From NCBI GenBank assembly GCA_024704765.1, contig JAKMXF010000305.1:162682-226681 (forward strand): a DNA stretch of 64,000 nt. The letters run 5' to 3'. This stretch comes from Oopsacas minuta (Eukaryota > Animalia > Porifera). The translations under genes were made by a program, and so were the position numbers. The notes below the pieces were generated by a model. The model was not told the DNA's origin. It worked only from the letters and a program-made list of their open reading frames with translations, and made no database searches. This document shows, one piece after another, positions 40,251 to 52,165 of the stretch; within the stretch, counting starts at the first letter, position 1, and every line of letters begins with the position of its first letter.

Positions 40251-40958
40251 GATGAAGGCTATCAAGATAATCGCTTTCAGAAATTCCTTTTGCAATAAGA
40301 GCAATGCTATGACTTCCTGGTGTAGCGCAAATGCAAAAATTATAATATCAGACCAACATACTGAATAATACTATTAACTTCTGAACAATCTATTTGAAAT
40401 AACGCGTTCATAGGGAATTCCGTTTAGGCATATTCAGATTAACCACTGACAGAGCAGCTGGGGTTGGAATTTCAATACTTGGAATATAGTCCTAACTCGT
40501 AAGAGCTATTTGTTCTGATAATTTTCTGACTGATTGTGGTGCATTCGTTCTCTAAGCCGAGTACACCTCAAATGGAGGTGCTCCACGTCATTCGAGAACG
40601 TTGGTAATTGTGAGTCGATTCCAACTTTTCTCTAAATATTCTACTTGCCAAAATGACATCTACTTCAACATTTCGATGGCCCTGTTTAGTATCCAGAATA
40701 TTTCATTTATCGTACTTCATGAAGTGTAGATGACATTTTGCAGCTTTGTAAAACAATAATTTTAGTGAAAAATATACGCTTATTTACGTTTAAATATATG
40801 TATTTTTGTAGCGGACAATTTTATCACATTCCTACACAACATATCAGAAACACAATATTATGCTTCATACAAAATTGGGTTACAATTCCACAATAACTAA
40901 TGCTTTGCCTAAGTACTAGTGTTTGTTATTGTAACATTATATTATCAAGAATATTCTA

Positions 40959-41140
40959 CAGTAGAACCTCGTTAATACGTACACCAAGGGACCGTCGAGA
41001 TTTGTACTCTTTATCCGATGTACGTATTAATCGGAGTAAAAACAGTTGTATTTCTATCGTACGGACTTAAATTGTGTAAAATTCTGTTCGTCTTAGCCGG
41101 AAATTCGTATTAATGTGTTCGTATTAACGAGATTTCACTG
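40959..41140. mobile_element. 182-bp pogo/Tigger-type MITE
   Basis: TIR CAGT(A/G)(G/A)AA(C/T)CTCGTTAATACG, TA TSD (40957-40958, 41141-41142). Confidence 0.85.
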
Positions 41141-41519
41141 TATATAGTCACGAATTATATGACGAAATACTTTTGAATTTCTTTGGAAAGTTAATACGAA
41201 GTCATAATTTTCAAACGCTAAGTGACTCTCAAAATCTGAGATTAAAAGAGTTGCCTTAGTTAAAACCCCAGCAACCAAAATTCAGGGGAAAATAATAAAT
41301 AATGTGGAAGTAATACCCTACCGGAAATGTTTACCCACAATATTCCACTATATGAATATTCTATTACAATTATAAAGAATCTAAAGACCTAAAAATCAAA
41401 TATATATTTGCCAAAATGGAAATTGATCGTTCAACGCGGATACCGACAAGTCGCCATATTTGATTGGTCAATTTGATATGATATTAATTAAGTAATTAAT
41501 TTAATCTAAGTACACATAA

Positions 41520-42724
41520 CACTGGACAACATTTTACAACTTATTTTTTATTCCTTGCTCGTTTCAAATTTACCTAGACTAATATGGCCATGCTGAATCC
41601 AAATCTGGCCTTAGATTTTTCTAACACGTCACGTTTTTGAGATATGACATATGCACACAACAACCCGTAATTGTCGTTTTGGCTAATTTTGGCTGTGCAG
41701 AACAAAACATCAAATCTAATAAACACAGTGATTGCGAGTGAAAATAACAGAATTATCATTTTGCACAATTTAACACAACCCAGGATGATTAAACCAGACA
41801 AAAATAACATTGTATCCTCTCAAAAGTGCTTTATACACTTGCTCTTTCGAGCATGTTCAGTGTCAGTTTCACGCTGGAGAAACCAGCAGTAGTCCCCCAT
41901 CATGTTTGAGTTAAATCGACCTCAATACCGCGATTCCATCACGGTATAGAGGTCGAAAATCCAGCAATATTTGTTGTGCAAAAATAACAATCCGACGTAT
42001 GGTTTTTAGGTTCTCGCCAAATCATAGGTACCGCAAATGGCATGGATTTCTTCTTTCCATTAAGCCATTGGATTAGACTGCCATAGCAGACGGTACAGCA
42101 GATGTGAGGTGCCCAGTTCTTGCCTTGGTCACCAACTTTGCAACCAAAGTAATACTTGTAGCCAATCTTGACACGATTGACAATATTTCTTCGCTGGGGC
42201 TTCGGCGTAAATTTTCCACAAATATAGCAGAAGTTATCTGGGTGGTTCGTGCATTGTCTTCTGATCGTATTCATTTTAAACAAAAAGCTTAAATACACAA
42301 TCAGTTACAACTAAAAATTCTGCAAAACAGTGATGTTGTTGGTTTATCGATACAGTCTACAATCCACCCGCAAGTAGGCTAAATAACCCCTCCTTATAGC
42401 CATGGCCAAGAACTCTCAAGAATGCATTAATCGTCAAAAGATAGAACATTACATTTACAAAATAATGTTAGTATTAACCCTACATAATATGCATTGTTGA
42501 CTAGCAATTCGCTGGGAAAGAAAATTGTACAATAGGCCTAACTTGTACTGTATAGTACCTTATAATATAGTGCCAATCAATGCAAAATCCGAATTTCGTG
42601 AATTTTCATATCTTGAAATCCTGACGCGATAGACCAATTCTGATTTCAGATTTGGAATCAGCATCCCAAAGTTAGCCTAGGTAATATATTTTCATTTGAG
42701 GAATAAATTTGATGTTGCCCAGTG
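41520..42724 (-). mobile_element. CMC-Chapaev3 deletion derivative
   Basis: TIR CACTGG(A/G)CAACAT with matching subtermini, 3-bp TSD TAA. The empty site is reconstructable from MULE copy A. ORF 41939..42298 (CTNHPDNFCYICG...WAPHICCTVC...MPFAVPMIWREPKNHTSDCYFC) is the Chapaev3 N-terminal Zn-finger. Confidence 0.88.
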
Positions 42725-43047
42725 TAATTAATCCATTTTCTAATAATTATTTCTACATACGAACAAGTTTTTCAATTGGATAGATAATCCTAAATTTAGA
42801 TGACATGCACTCCAATGGAACCCATTTGCTGATGTGAATTCAAAAGATTGCTAAAGTAAGTAAACACACACGAAGTAAATACTCTTAGGGCTATATATGA
42901 TAAAGAGGAATGTAGTAAACAGGAAGTGATCACCTGTGATAATTGCAATCCTCGAACAGAAATAGAAAATGATCTTATTCAAACTCAGATTCGTTTTCTC
43001 AATATTACATATAACATTGTGTATTATTGAAATTCAACAATCCGAAA

Positions 43048-44486
43048 TGGCGGAACCTCTTGATGAGCCGACGTTTAGGCAGACCAAGTCACAAAGAGTA
43101 GGAGACAAACTGTTCGAGAGTGAAAAGTTATTTGGAGTCAGAGGAGAGTTGTAGATGCAACACATTGGTTATGTGAGCAAAGAAGAGTTTGCAAAGCTAG
43201 AGTTCATACCAAAGGGATGGTGATAGTCAAGCGCACGAATGAGCACTCCCATGATCCTGACGAGCAGACAGCGGGCTGTTGGAAGCGAAGGCAGGTATGA
43301 AGAGGAAAGCACGGGAGTCCCAGGATAGCGCACACCACATAGTGGGTGAGTTTGCATCCAGCATCAGGGGGTATTGTTGCTAAACTATCCCAGCTTGACA
43401 GCCTGAAGCGGACGATACAACGCCAACGAGCTAGTGTACTTGCAGCTCCAGCACAGCCTACCACTCTAGCAGAGCTAGTTCTACCAGCAGAATACCAGCA
43501 GACAGCCAAGGGGGAGCAATTCTTACTCTACGACTCAGGTGAGGGTGATGTACACAGATTTCTCATGTTCGGGACACAACGCTACCTCAGGATTCTGCGA
43601 CAAAGCAAGATCTGGCTAGCTGATGACACCTTCAAGACGCACCCTCCTCTCTTTGCCCAGGTGTGTGGTGCGTGGACTCCGTGGAGGAGATGGCGCTTTG
43701 AAGACCGGTCATCTGTTGCCGAGCCTGTTCGTGCTACTGCCCAACAAGACGGAGGATAGCTACCGGAGGATGTGGGAGCAGATCCGCTTACTCTGTCCTC
43801 TTGCCCAGCCTGAACAGATACTCCTGGACTTTGAGAAAGGCGCAATTAACAGCTTTGAGCATGTCTGGCCTAACACAGTGGTGAAGTGCTGCTTCTTCCA
43901 CCTCACAGAGAATATCTGCTGCAATTTACAGGCTGTAGGGCTGCAGTCTGACTACACACATAACGAAGAGCTGGCTATGCGCATCCGGAAGATACCAACC
44001 CTTGCATTCGCCCTACCAGCAGACGTACCCGATGTGTTTTGCCAAGGGGCAATGAACCTCCCCCTACGCCTGAGATAGCCGATCTACTCGACTACTTCGA
44101 GAGGACGTTTATAGGGCGCATACTAGCCAGCAGATACCATATAGCCGCGACGTTCCCCATTGACCTGTGGAACTACCACTTCAGCACGCTTTTCGGACTC
44201 TCCCGCACAACTAACTCCGTAGAGACATGGCACCGCAGCTTCAATGCCAATGTCGGCTCCCATCACCCCACCATATGGAAATTCATCCTAGCCCTCAAGC
44301 GTGAGCAAGGCCTAGTGGAGGTGCGCAGACTAACTACCTTACTGGGAAGCCACCAACCAAGCGGAGGAGGTCTCAGCAGAGTGAGGAAACATTGAAGACT
44401 CAGTTTGAGGAATATTACTCACCAAGTAGTCTAAGATGGAGTTTATGTGCGATGTAGCACATCATTTCAGTCTGGGAGATGATTAA
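43048..44486 (+). pseudogene. FLYWCH-MULE transposase pseudogene (copy B)
   Basis: MAEPLDEPTF start. IWLADDTFKT, LLDFEKGAINSF, KCCFFHL, RTTNSVETWHRSFN, and the C-terminus MEFMCDVAHHFSLGDD*. Several frameshifts. Confidence 0.88.
43163..44414 (+). repeat. Left arm of a 1252-bp near-perfect inverted repeat
   Basis: Six ORFs have identical translations on opposite strands, with a constant coordinate sum of 91098. Both arms are 1252 bp. I saw one mismatch (43167/47931). Confidence 0.97.
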
Positions 44487-44493
44487 CATGATA

Positions 44494-46555
44494 CAGTATA
44501 TAATGGGTATAGTGATAATGGTGGGGACACATAATTTTTGTCTAAATTATCACTGTATCCATATATCACTATATCCATATTATCACTATATCCGTACATC
44601 ACTATGTCCATATAATGATATCACTATAACCGTATCCATTTTATAAGTTAAATTTACATTCCTGTGTGAGATGATTTAACTTCGATTTAGGACAATTATA
44701 GTAAACAATACCAAAAAGAGTATTGAAGAGGAATACTATGAAAACAAAAGTCAAAGTGCAAGTAAATAAGTAACATTCTACTTCGTATAAAACATATTCA
44801 GCGTTGTTTGCTTTTTCAATTCAGTTTCTGCAATGAGAGCCCCATCTTCAATTTTTGAGAGAATCGCACCTTGGAAATCGAGGTTGTGGTAAGATATGAA
44901 TGTTCTCATCTTCTCAATCATATTTTTCATTCCTGACGTAGAGGGAACAGGAATATCAGATTCATCTTCAGTGTCTCTCCCAATGATCTCAAGATCATTA
45001 TCATCACCCTTGTTGTTGACAGATACCATTTCTATAGCATCATCTATTGTCAATTCTCCCATAGTCGGCTCATCTGAATCAACATTGATATAGCTTGAAT
45101 AATCATCATCAAATACTTCTGGGGGCAGCGGAAGTTCACAATCTTCAATATTGGAATTGACTTCAGAAGTGATTTCGGTGCTAGCCAATGAAAGTGTTCC
45201 AAATGCCTTTGCGAAGCAATTAACAATAGTCTGTGACTTCACTTGTCTCCATGCAAGTGCAATCCATACTATAGCTTGTTTGATATCAATCGCCTTAGAC
45301 ATTTTTTCTCCGGTCAAATTCCCATCCGCGAGCAGATCTAAAACATACGCCATAACACTCTTTCGGTAAAATGCCTTGAGGTTCATTATAATACCACAGT
45401 CGCAAGGTTGGATTACACTAGTTGTGTTGGGGAGCAACATAATACACTCTACATGCGACAAACGTGACATATCTGGTTTGTGCACTGAAGCGTTATCCAT
45501 CAATAAACACACCTTCGCTTTTCTCTTCGCATTCTGGAATTGAATTCATCAAGGAATTCTGTAAATAATGCTCCTGTCATCCAAGCTTTTGTGTTATATC
45601 TGTAGTTGACTGGTAAGGTGCGCATACAACCTTTAAGAGGACGGGGGTTAACATACTTGTCGATTATGGTTAGCCTAACCTTATCGCTCCCATCAGCATT
45701 ACAACAAACAAGAGCCCTAAATCTTGTTTTGTCTTGCTTAATACCGCGGACAGCATCTTTATTTCTTACTGAATTCAAATGTGAATTTTGGTAAACATTT
45801 GTAGTAAAGGCCCATTTCATCACAATTATAGCAGTCTGAAAGTGAGTAATTAGACAGAATTGCAGGAATTTGTATACGAGGAATTCGTATGCAGCCGGTG
45901 TGTCAGCAGAGGCGGCTTCTCCGTGCTGTTTACCGAAAGAAATGCAATGGCGTTTTCCCCAGCTTTGTAACCAACCACGTGATGGAATAGGGTCAATATT
46001 GTATATCTTTGCCAGGATTTCAATTTTAGATATGAGCATTTTCCCATCAATTGGAACGGACCTCTCTCGCGCGTTTGTAAACCACACTAATAGTGCTTTG
46101 TCGAGGTCTTCATGGCTCGACATTCGCTATCGCTTTGCTGCTGGTGCCATCGTAATTAGTTTTCTAGAAGAATTGCTTTTCTTGATGTTTGATATTGATG
46201 ATTGAGAAATTTGAAATCTCTGTGCGACTTCGCCTTGAGTAGCGCCGTCACGCATTGCCTCAACCACTTCCAACTTCTTTATCACTGACAGTGATTTACG
46301 CTTCTGTCTATTTTCCATGATGGAAATAACTAAATACGATTAACATAGATATGGGGTTAATTATAATTTTGAAAGATAAATTATGGGACAACAAAATAAT
46401 CAAAATTCTATTTTCGAACATGATTGGTGCACAAATTATCACTATATCCAATAAAATTTGTATGGGATTTGCTTGTGGATACATCTAAAGCAGCAAAATT
46501 ATCACTATATCCAATTTATCACTATATCCATTATCACTATATCCATTATGAACTG
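44494..46555 (-). mobile_element. pogo/Tigger transposon (second family), pseudogenised
   Basis: TIR CAGT(A/T)(T/C)ATAATGG(G/A)TATAGTGATAAT, TA TSD (44492-44493, 46556-46557), tandem TATCACTATATCCA subterminal repeats. ORF pieces RKSLSVIKKLEVV (HTH), LLMDNASVH, IQPCDCGII. Confidence 0.92.
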
Positions 46556-46683
46556 TAATCTAAAGTTTTATCTCTGATCAATGTTTTTGAGGGATAGATA
46601 ATATGGAAGATTAACATCCGAATTCAGGCTGAGATGGTGTCTAGACTTGAAAGGAACTTCGTCTTAGTATGGTCTGGTGGATG

Positions 46684-47935
46684 TATTCCTCAAACTGAGT
46701 CTTCAATGTTTCCTCACTCTGCTGAGACCTCCTCCGCTTGGTTGGTGGCTTCCCAGTAAGGTAGTTAGTCTGCGCACCTCCACTAGGCCTTGCTCACGCT
46801 TGAGGGCTAGGATGAATTTCCATATGGTGGGGTGATGGGAGCCGACATTGGCATTGAAGCTGCGGTGCCATGTCTCTACGGAGTTAGTTGTGCGGGAGAG
46901 TCCGAAAAGCGTGCTGAAGTGGTAGTTCCACAGGTCAATGGGGAACGTCGCGGCTATATGGTATCTGCTGGCTAGTATGCGCCCTATAAACGTCCTCTCG
47001 AAGTAGTCGAGTAGATCGGCTATCTCAGGCGTAGGGGGAGGTTCATTGCCCCTTGGCAAAACACATCGGGTACGTCTGCTGGTAGGGCGAATGCAAGGGT
47101 TGGTATCTTCCGGATGCGCATAGCCAGCTCTTCGTTATGTGTGTAGTCAGACTGCAGCCCTACAGCCTGTAAATTGCAGCAGATATTCTCTGTGAGGTGG
47201 AAGAAGCAGCACTTCACCACTGTGTTAGGCCAGACATGCTCAAAGCTGTTAATTGCGCCTTTCTCAAAGTCCAGGAGTATCTGTTCAGGCTGGGCAAGAG
47301 GACAGAGTAAGCGGATCTGCTCCCACATCCTCCGGTAGCTATCCTCCGTCTTGTTGGGCAGTAGCACGAACAGGCTCGGCAACAGATGACCGGTCTTCAA
47401 AGCGCCATCTCCTCCACGGAGTCCACGCACCACACACCTGGGCAAAGAGAGGAGGGTGCGTCTTGAAGGTGTCATCAGCTAGCCAGATCTTGCTTTGTCG
47501 CAGAATCCTGAGGTAGCGTTGTGTCCCGAACATGAGAAATCTGTGTACATCACCCTCACCTGAGTCGTAGAGTAAGAATTGCTCCCCCTTGGCTGTCTGC
47601 TGGTATTCTGCTGGTAGAACTAGCTCTGCTAGAGTGGTAGGCTGTGCTGGAGCTGCAAGTACACTAGCTCGTTGGCGTTGTATCGTCCGCTTCAGGCTGT
47701 CAAGCTGGGATAGTTTAGCAACAATACCCCCTGATGCTGGATGCAAACTCACCCACTATGTGGTGTGCGCTATCCTGGGACTCCCGTGCTTTCCTCTTCA
47801 TACCTGCCTTCGCTTCCAACAGCCCGCTGTCTGCTCGTCAGGATCATGGGAGTGCTCATTCGTGCGCTTGACTATCACCATCCCTTTGGTATGAACTCTA
47901 GCTTTGCAAACTCTTCTTTGCTCACATAACTAATG
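46684..47935 (-). repeat. Right arm of the 1252-bp inverted repeat (inverted copy of the MULE B ORF interior, no TIRs)
   Basis: Reverse complement of 43163-44414, sharing the same frameshifts. Confidence 0.97.
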
Positions 47936-49719
47936 CCTCATACTTCCTTTCTCTTCTCACTCCTCTCCACTCCACTCCTCTATCCTTTCTATTAAGGTGC
48001 AGCTACCATGGAAGAAGATCAGTGGTTAAGATGCGGTAGTTGCACAGCTCTTGATCTTTCTCAGTCTCACTATTCTCATATCTTCAGAAATATTTTATTA
48101 ATTTATCATAATTATATATTTTACTATTTTATTATCATTTATCATTTATCTATCATAAATTTATACCATTACTTTGTAGACATATTAGAAATTCAATATA
48201 GTTTATTTTTAACTATTTTTAATTCATCTGACTTGTTATAGATTAGAAACCTAAAAGAGTTAATTTTCTGGCACTAACGGGGGTGGTCTAAGTTGAATAT
48301 TCACGATACACCATTCACAACATGACATTCGAATACTCGATTACCTCTGTAGCCTTAAAAGTATACGAGCAATTTGAAATTAGTTTATTTTATCTAGATA
48401 AATAACAAAACAAATTGATCACGTCATGCTAAATCTTATTTATCATCCTCGATTACCCCATTATAGCCTTCAGAATTAGAAGTACAATTTTAAAACCTTT
48501 TGAATTTTTGTATTATAAACCCTTAAGTATGTACATAAGAACAAATACATATGAACTATGTGAGAAGGTGTGACTATTTTCATTAGATAATCAATCATGT
48601 TTCTAGAAAAGTCATTTCCCATACCCGTATCAATTTTCATTTCTGTATCTCAAACCAGTTCCTATACAATTCGGACAAGCAAAAAAATGATAGAATTTAA
48701 ATATATAAGATATACCCAGAGAGAAAGTGATGATAATCGAAGGTTTTAAACAATATATTACAAATTAACTCAATAAAACCATCATCCGCCATCCTAGTTT
48801 CCGAAGAAATTCGGGATGAAAAACATGTAATATATTTTACATGGTCTAACAGGGAAATTAAAAAGACTGGATTGGTTTAATCCATTCATAAGGTCAAATT
48901 ACACCTGGAAGTACGGGGCCCTATGCCTTAATCCGGCACTGGTTCTTGGGAGGGATCTGGGGTTATGTTGCGTTGTTAGCCTACAATAGAGCCATGGGAA
49001 ACCATTGGATTATGACATCGATTTGATTTGTAACCAATTTCCCTCTAAACTCTATGTTCGCGCGCTCGGTGAACCTTTGGTGGGGGACAAGTCACTAATA
49101 CCGTGGACTCTCGTTGTAAACAAACCGGATATTAGTTATATAACATAATTCCACCTAAAAAGAAAGTTAATAAAACATCTAACTGCAATTATATTATCTT
49201 ATTCGGCTACAATGAATCCAGCTTTTAACGAAATGGAAGCGACTTCCAGTACTAGTAGTTTACAATAGTAGTTAGTTAAGCCACAGTTATTACTTGTGAT
49301 CAATTTTATTATTTTTTCTAAAATCTAAATTGAAATAATTGTCAAATCAATTGACCAATTAAATTAGGTCTGAATTGTTGGTATTTCCGTCTCAGCGTGT
49401 GTGCTAATTGGAGACGAATGATAAATACCCTAAGTCATTATAGATAATTTCTATTTCTAGTGGTGGTCCAAGCCTCGCGTCCCCCCAATTTTTACTACTT
49501 AGCGATGAAATTTTGCGCCAATGGATGAGACGGGGAGATAATTTGAGATATTAAGTAATAACATTGCTAAAGGATTTTGCGTGTCTAGTGAATAGACTCT
49601 CCAAATATATCAGGGAATACTTAAACAACGTGAAATGTTAAGCTGATAAAAGATTTCCATAAAAAATGATCATACTCAATATGGGAAATTAGACAGATTG
49701 TACCATTTCTGTTATTTTT

Positions 49720-50550
49720 TGGACAGACGGACCATGGGTTGCGATAATGCAAGATCCAAAGTTGGTCCTCCTTCTTCAAGGATCAGGATACACACGCTGC
49801 ACCTGGAACAAATGGAATTCTCGAAAATATAATAGACAATTTTTAACGATGGTTTTAGTATACGAATTGAGGCGATACTAATGTTTGACCAAAATTCAGA
49901 TAGAACTTGTGTGATTTTGGTTGAGATAGCATCCATGTTAGGTCAGGCTAAATTTCTCCACTCTGACCAAAGTTGCAAATTTGAATCTGAATCAGAGAAA
50001 CGTGTAAAGGATGGGGCGTAGTTAAGACCAGAACTACTGCATACCATCCTGGAAGCTTCGGTTAAGTTGAGAGAGCTAATAGAAGCGTTATTCGGATGCT
50101 TAGGGGTTCTGATGAAACCAAAATAACTGTGAGCGACAATTAGCTTTTGTATTGCATGTCTACAGAACTTCTGAAATGCTTCAACAGCCATGTCTCCATA
50201 TTTAACAATGTATGGAAGGAAACAAACTGACTTGGCACCTTTCGACTTAGCTGTGGGAATGTATCAAAAAGCAACAAGTAATTATGACCAATTTACGGAA
50301 AAACTTGCCGAAAATATAGATTTTGTAGAAGCCAAGATGGTCCAATGGGGGATATGCCAGGATGCAATGGATAAAGCCAAAACATTATCTGAGCTTTCCA
50401 ATTGACACTCAATATTATTAGTATTGCTGGAATACTGGAAAACGTTGGCAGGGAGATTGGCGCATATGAAACATACGAAGTCAAGTCACTGCAAAAATAT
50501 TATATAATAATGGGACAGAAAAGATTGTCCATATAAATAGTTTGAGACAA
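49720..50550 (+). pseudogene. Gypsy-like LTR retrotransposon integrase relic
   Basis: Manual translation FLHSDQ (~49955-49970), GVVKTRTTAYHPGSFG*VERANRSVIRML (~50008-50100), then SPYLTMYGR (ORF 50190). LTRs not identified. Confidence 0.78.
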
Positions 50551-51986
50551 CGCCATACTAGATAAGAGGATGTATCAACTTATCTGAAGGATAGTTTCGA
50601 GTCCTGCCAGGAGTCTATCTATTCACCAGACAATAGTAGACTTGGAGAAAAGATTAAGAAAAACAATAAAATTTGAAAAACAATCAGATAGTAGAATCTC
50701 TTCAACGTCATACCCACTGAATGATAGTTCAAACAATTGAATCATGGAGGTTGTATTGTGCAAGTTATTTATGGCTATAATAATGTCCTACACCAAATCG
50801 TGAGGGACGACATTCGATCGGGCAAAGGCCAGTTGAACGATGACTCAAATGTTAATAGAAGTAATATTGTGGAGGAAAACACTTCCAAGCCAACAAAATA
50901 TAAATATGTTGAAATGGTAACTAAGCTCTAATCGTCATTTAGTCACCGGTCCGGTTTTAGTATATCGAAAATATTTGGAAAACATAAAGGACAAACCTGA
51001 AAATCAAGAATAGGTCTATTGTATCTATTCACAAACCTACGAGGACTACGCAAACTCCGTATTTAAAGGGAGAAAATTGATAAAGAGTTAGAAAGAACCG
51101 AAAAGGTAGTTAAACTCATCATTCTAACTAAGAGTAAATTACTAACAATGGATAAGATAATGGGAAATTTAATTAATCTAGGTAGATTCAAATTATAAGC
51201 GTTACAATTACACTTCCGCCCAAATATAAGAGGATTATAATAATTTGGATCGAAACGAGGTCCACTTTTCAAAGGGTGCCACCAAAATCACTTGTGGCTA
51301 AAGTGGTAGATCATAAATAACTTTATGGGAATCTGAAGAATTTCAAATTTTCGGTACAAGGATAAAATTACGACCACAGTCGGTGGAACTCAATTTTGAT
51401 GATAATAATTAAGTATTCATTGTCATTGCCACTTATGCCAAAAGTTACACAATCTCGTAAGAGATAAATGAGTTCAAACAAAATAATATGCAGATACGGA
51501 GATCTTCAATATAACAACTCTTAATATATTAGTGCACAATACAACTTCGGTTGTCCTCTTACATTGGTCCATAATGAGTATTTAACTGAAATAATGAATT
51601 TTAGTATTTCATATTCACTGGACAAGGATGCATTACAATTTGAGTTAGGATCGGGAAATTTTGTCGCATAATTAAATAAAAACTGGTGTAATAAAGTAAC
51701 CAAAATACAAATACTAAGGAAGTTAGATTAATAGAAGAAAATCAAACGGGTGTCAAAAAAGTAAGTTATTTCTAAAGTTCTAATATCCAGGATATCGGAA
51801 ATTTGAGGGTCGGATAAGAGAGTTCGGATAATCGAGGAATACATATCAAAAATACCTATAAAATACCATATTGCGTCAATTCCCTGGGGAAAGAGAAATG
51901 ATAGCTAGAAATATTTGACTTTTAAGGTGCTCGTATACTTTGTCGGTGAATATATATCCCAGGAATAAATTGAAAAAGATATTTAC

Positions 51987-52165
51987 CAATAATATCAAGG
52001 TAGAGATTTTCTTTTCGTGTACTCTCAGATTGGGAAGGGTAAATCCCTTCTGGCTTCATTTTAATATTTGTCCAACCTAAGACATCTGCATGAAGAAGGA
52101 GGGTGTATCCTGCTTCAATGAAATAGGATCTATCAACCAACATTTTGCAAAACCGATAAATGTAC
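51987..52165 (-). CDS. DOCK: DOCK-family GEF, DHR-2 exon (first in transcript order within the window)
   Basis: tttatag|G TAC ATT TAT CGG ... GAT ATT ATT G|gtaaat, 179 bp, phase 2/1. Peptide YIYRFCKMLVDRSYFIEAGYTLLLHADVLGW...RKENLYLDII matches the DOCK1-type YLYKL.DLH..C.NYTEAAYTLLLH..LL.W...LKE.LY..II. It splices in frame to (D)YFDKGK. Confidence 0.93.

Larger units (their letters stand above)
41438..49388 (+). mobile_element. MULE copy B, inflated to about 8 kb by nested insertions and an inverted duplication
   Basis: Left TIR GGATACCGACAAGTCGC at 41438. The 5' UTR, homologous to copy A, resumes at ~42727 after a Chapaev insertion. ORF runs 43048-44486. 3' UTR homology to copy A at 48288-48435. 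Right TIR CAATTGACCAATTAAATTAGG...GAATTGTTGGTATTTCC ends at 49388. Degenerate TSD GTTCAACGC / GTCTCAGCG. Confidence 0.82.

Noticed and set aside
44548-44640. Short tandem repeats resembling a CRISPR or telomeric array (also 46438-46550 and 9888-9932)
   Set aside because: There are no unique spacers; these are subterminal repeats of the Tigger and MULE ends.
43169-47929. Many overlapping 60-150 aa ORFs antisense to transposases (here and at 4849, 5332, 7064, 7794, 59806, etc.)
   Set aside because: These are shadow frames of relatively GC-rich TE coding sequence and have no independent motifs.
43163-47935. Composite (foldback-like) transposon with MULE arms carrying a Tigger cargo
   Set aside because: There is no TSD around the unit, the left arm is continuous with the rest of MULE B, and the Tigger has its own TIRs and TA TSD.
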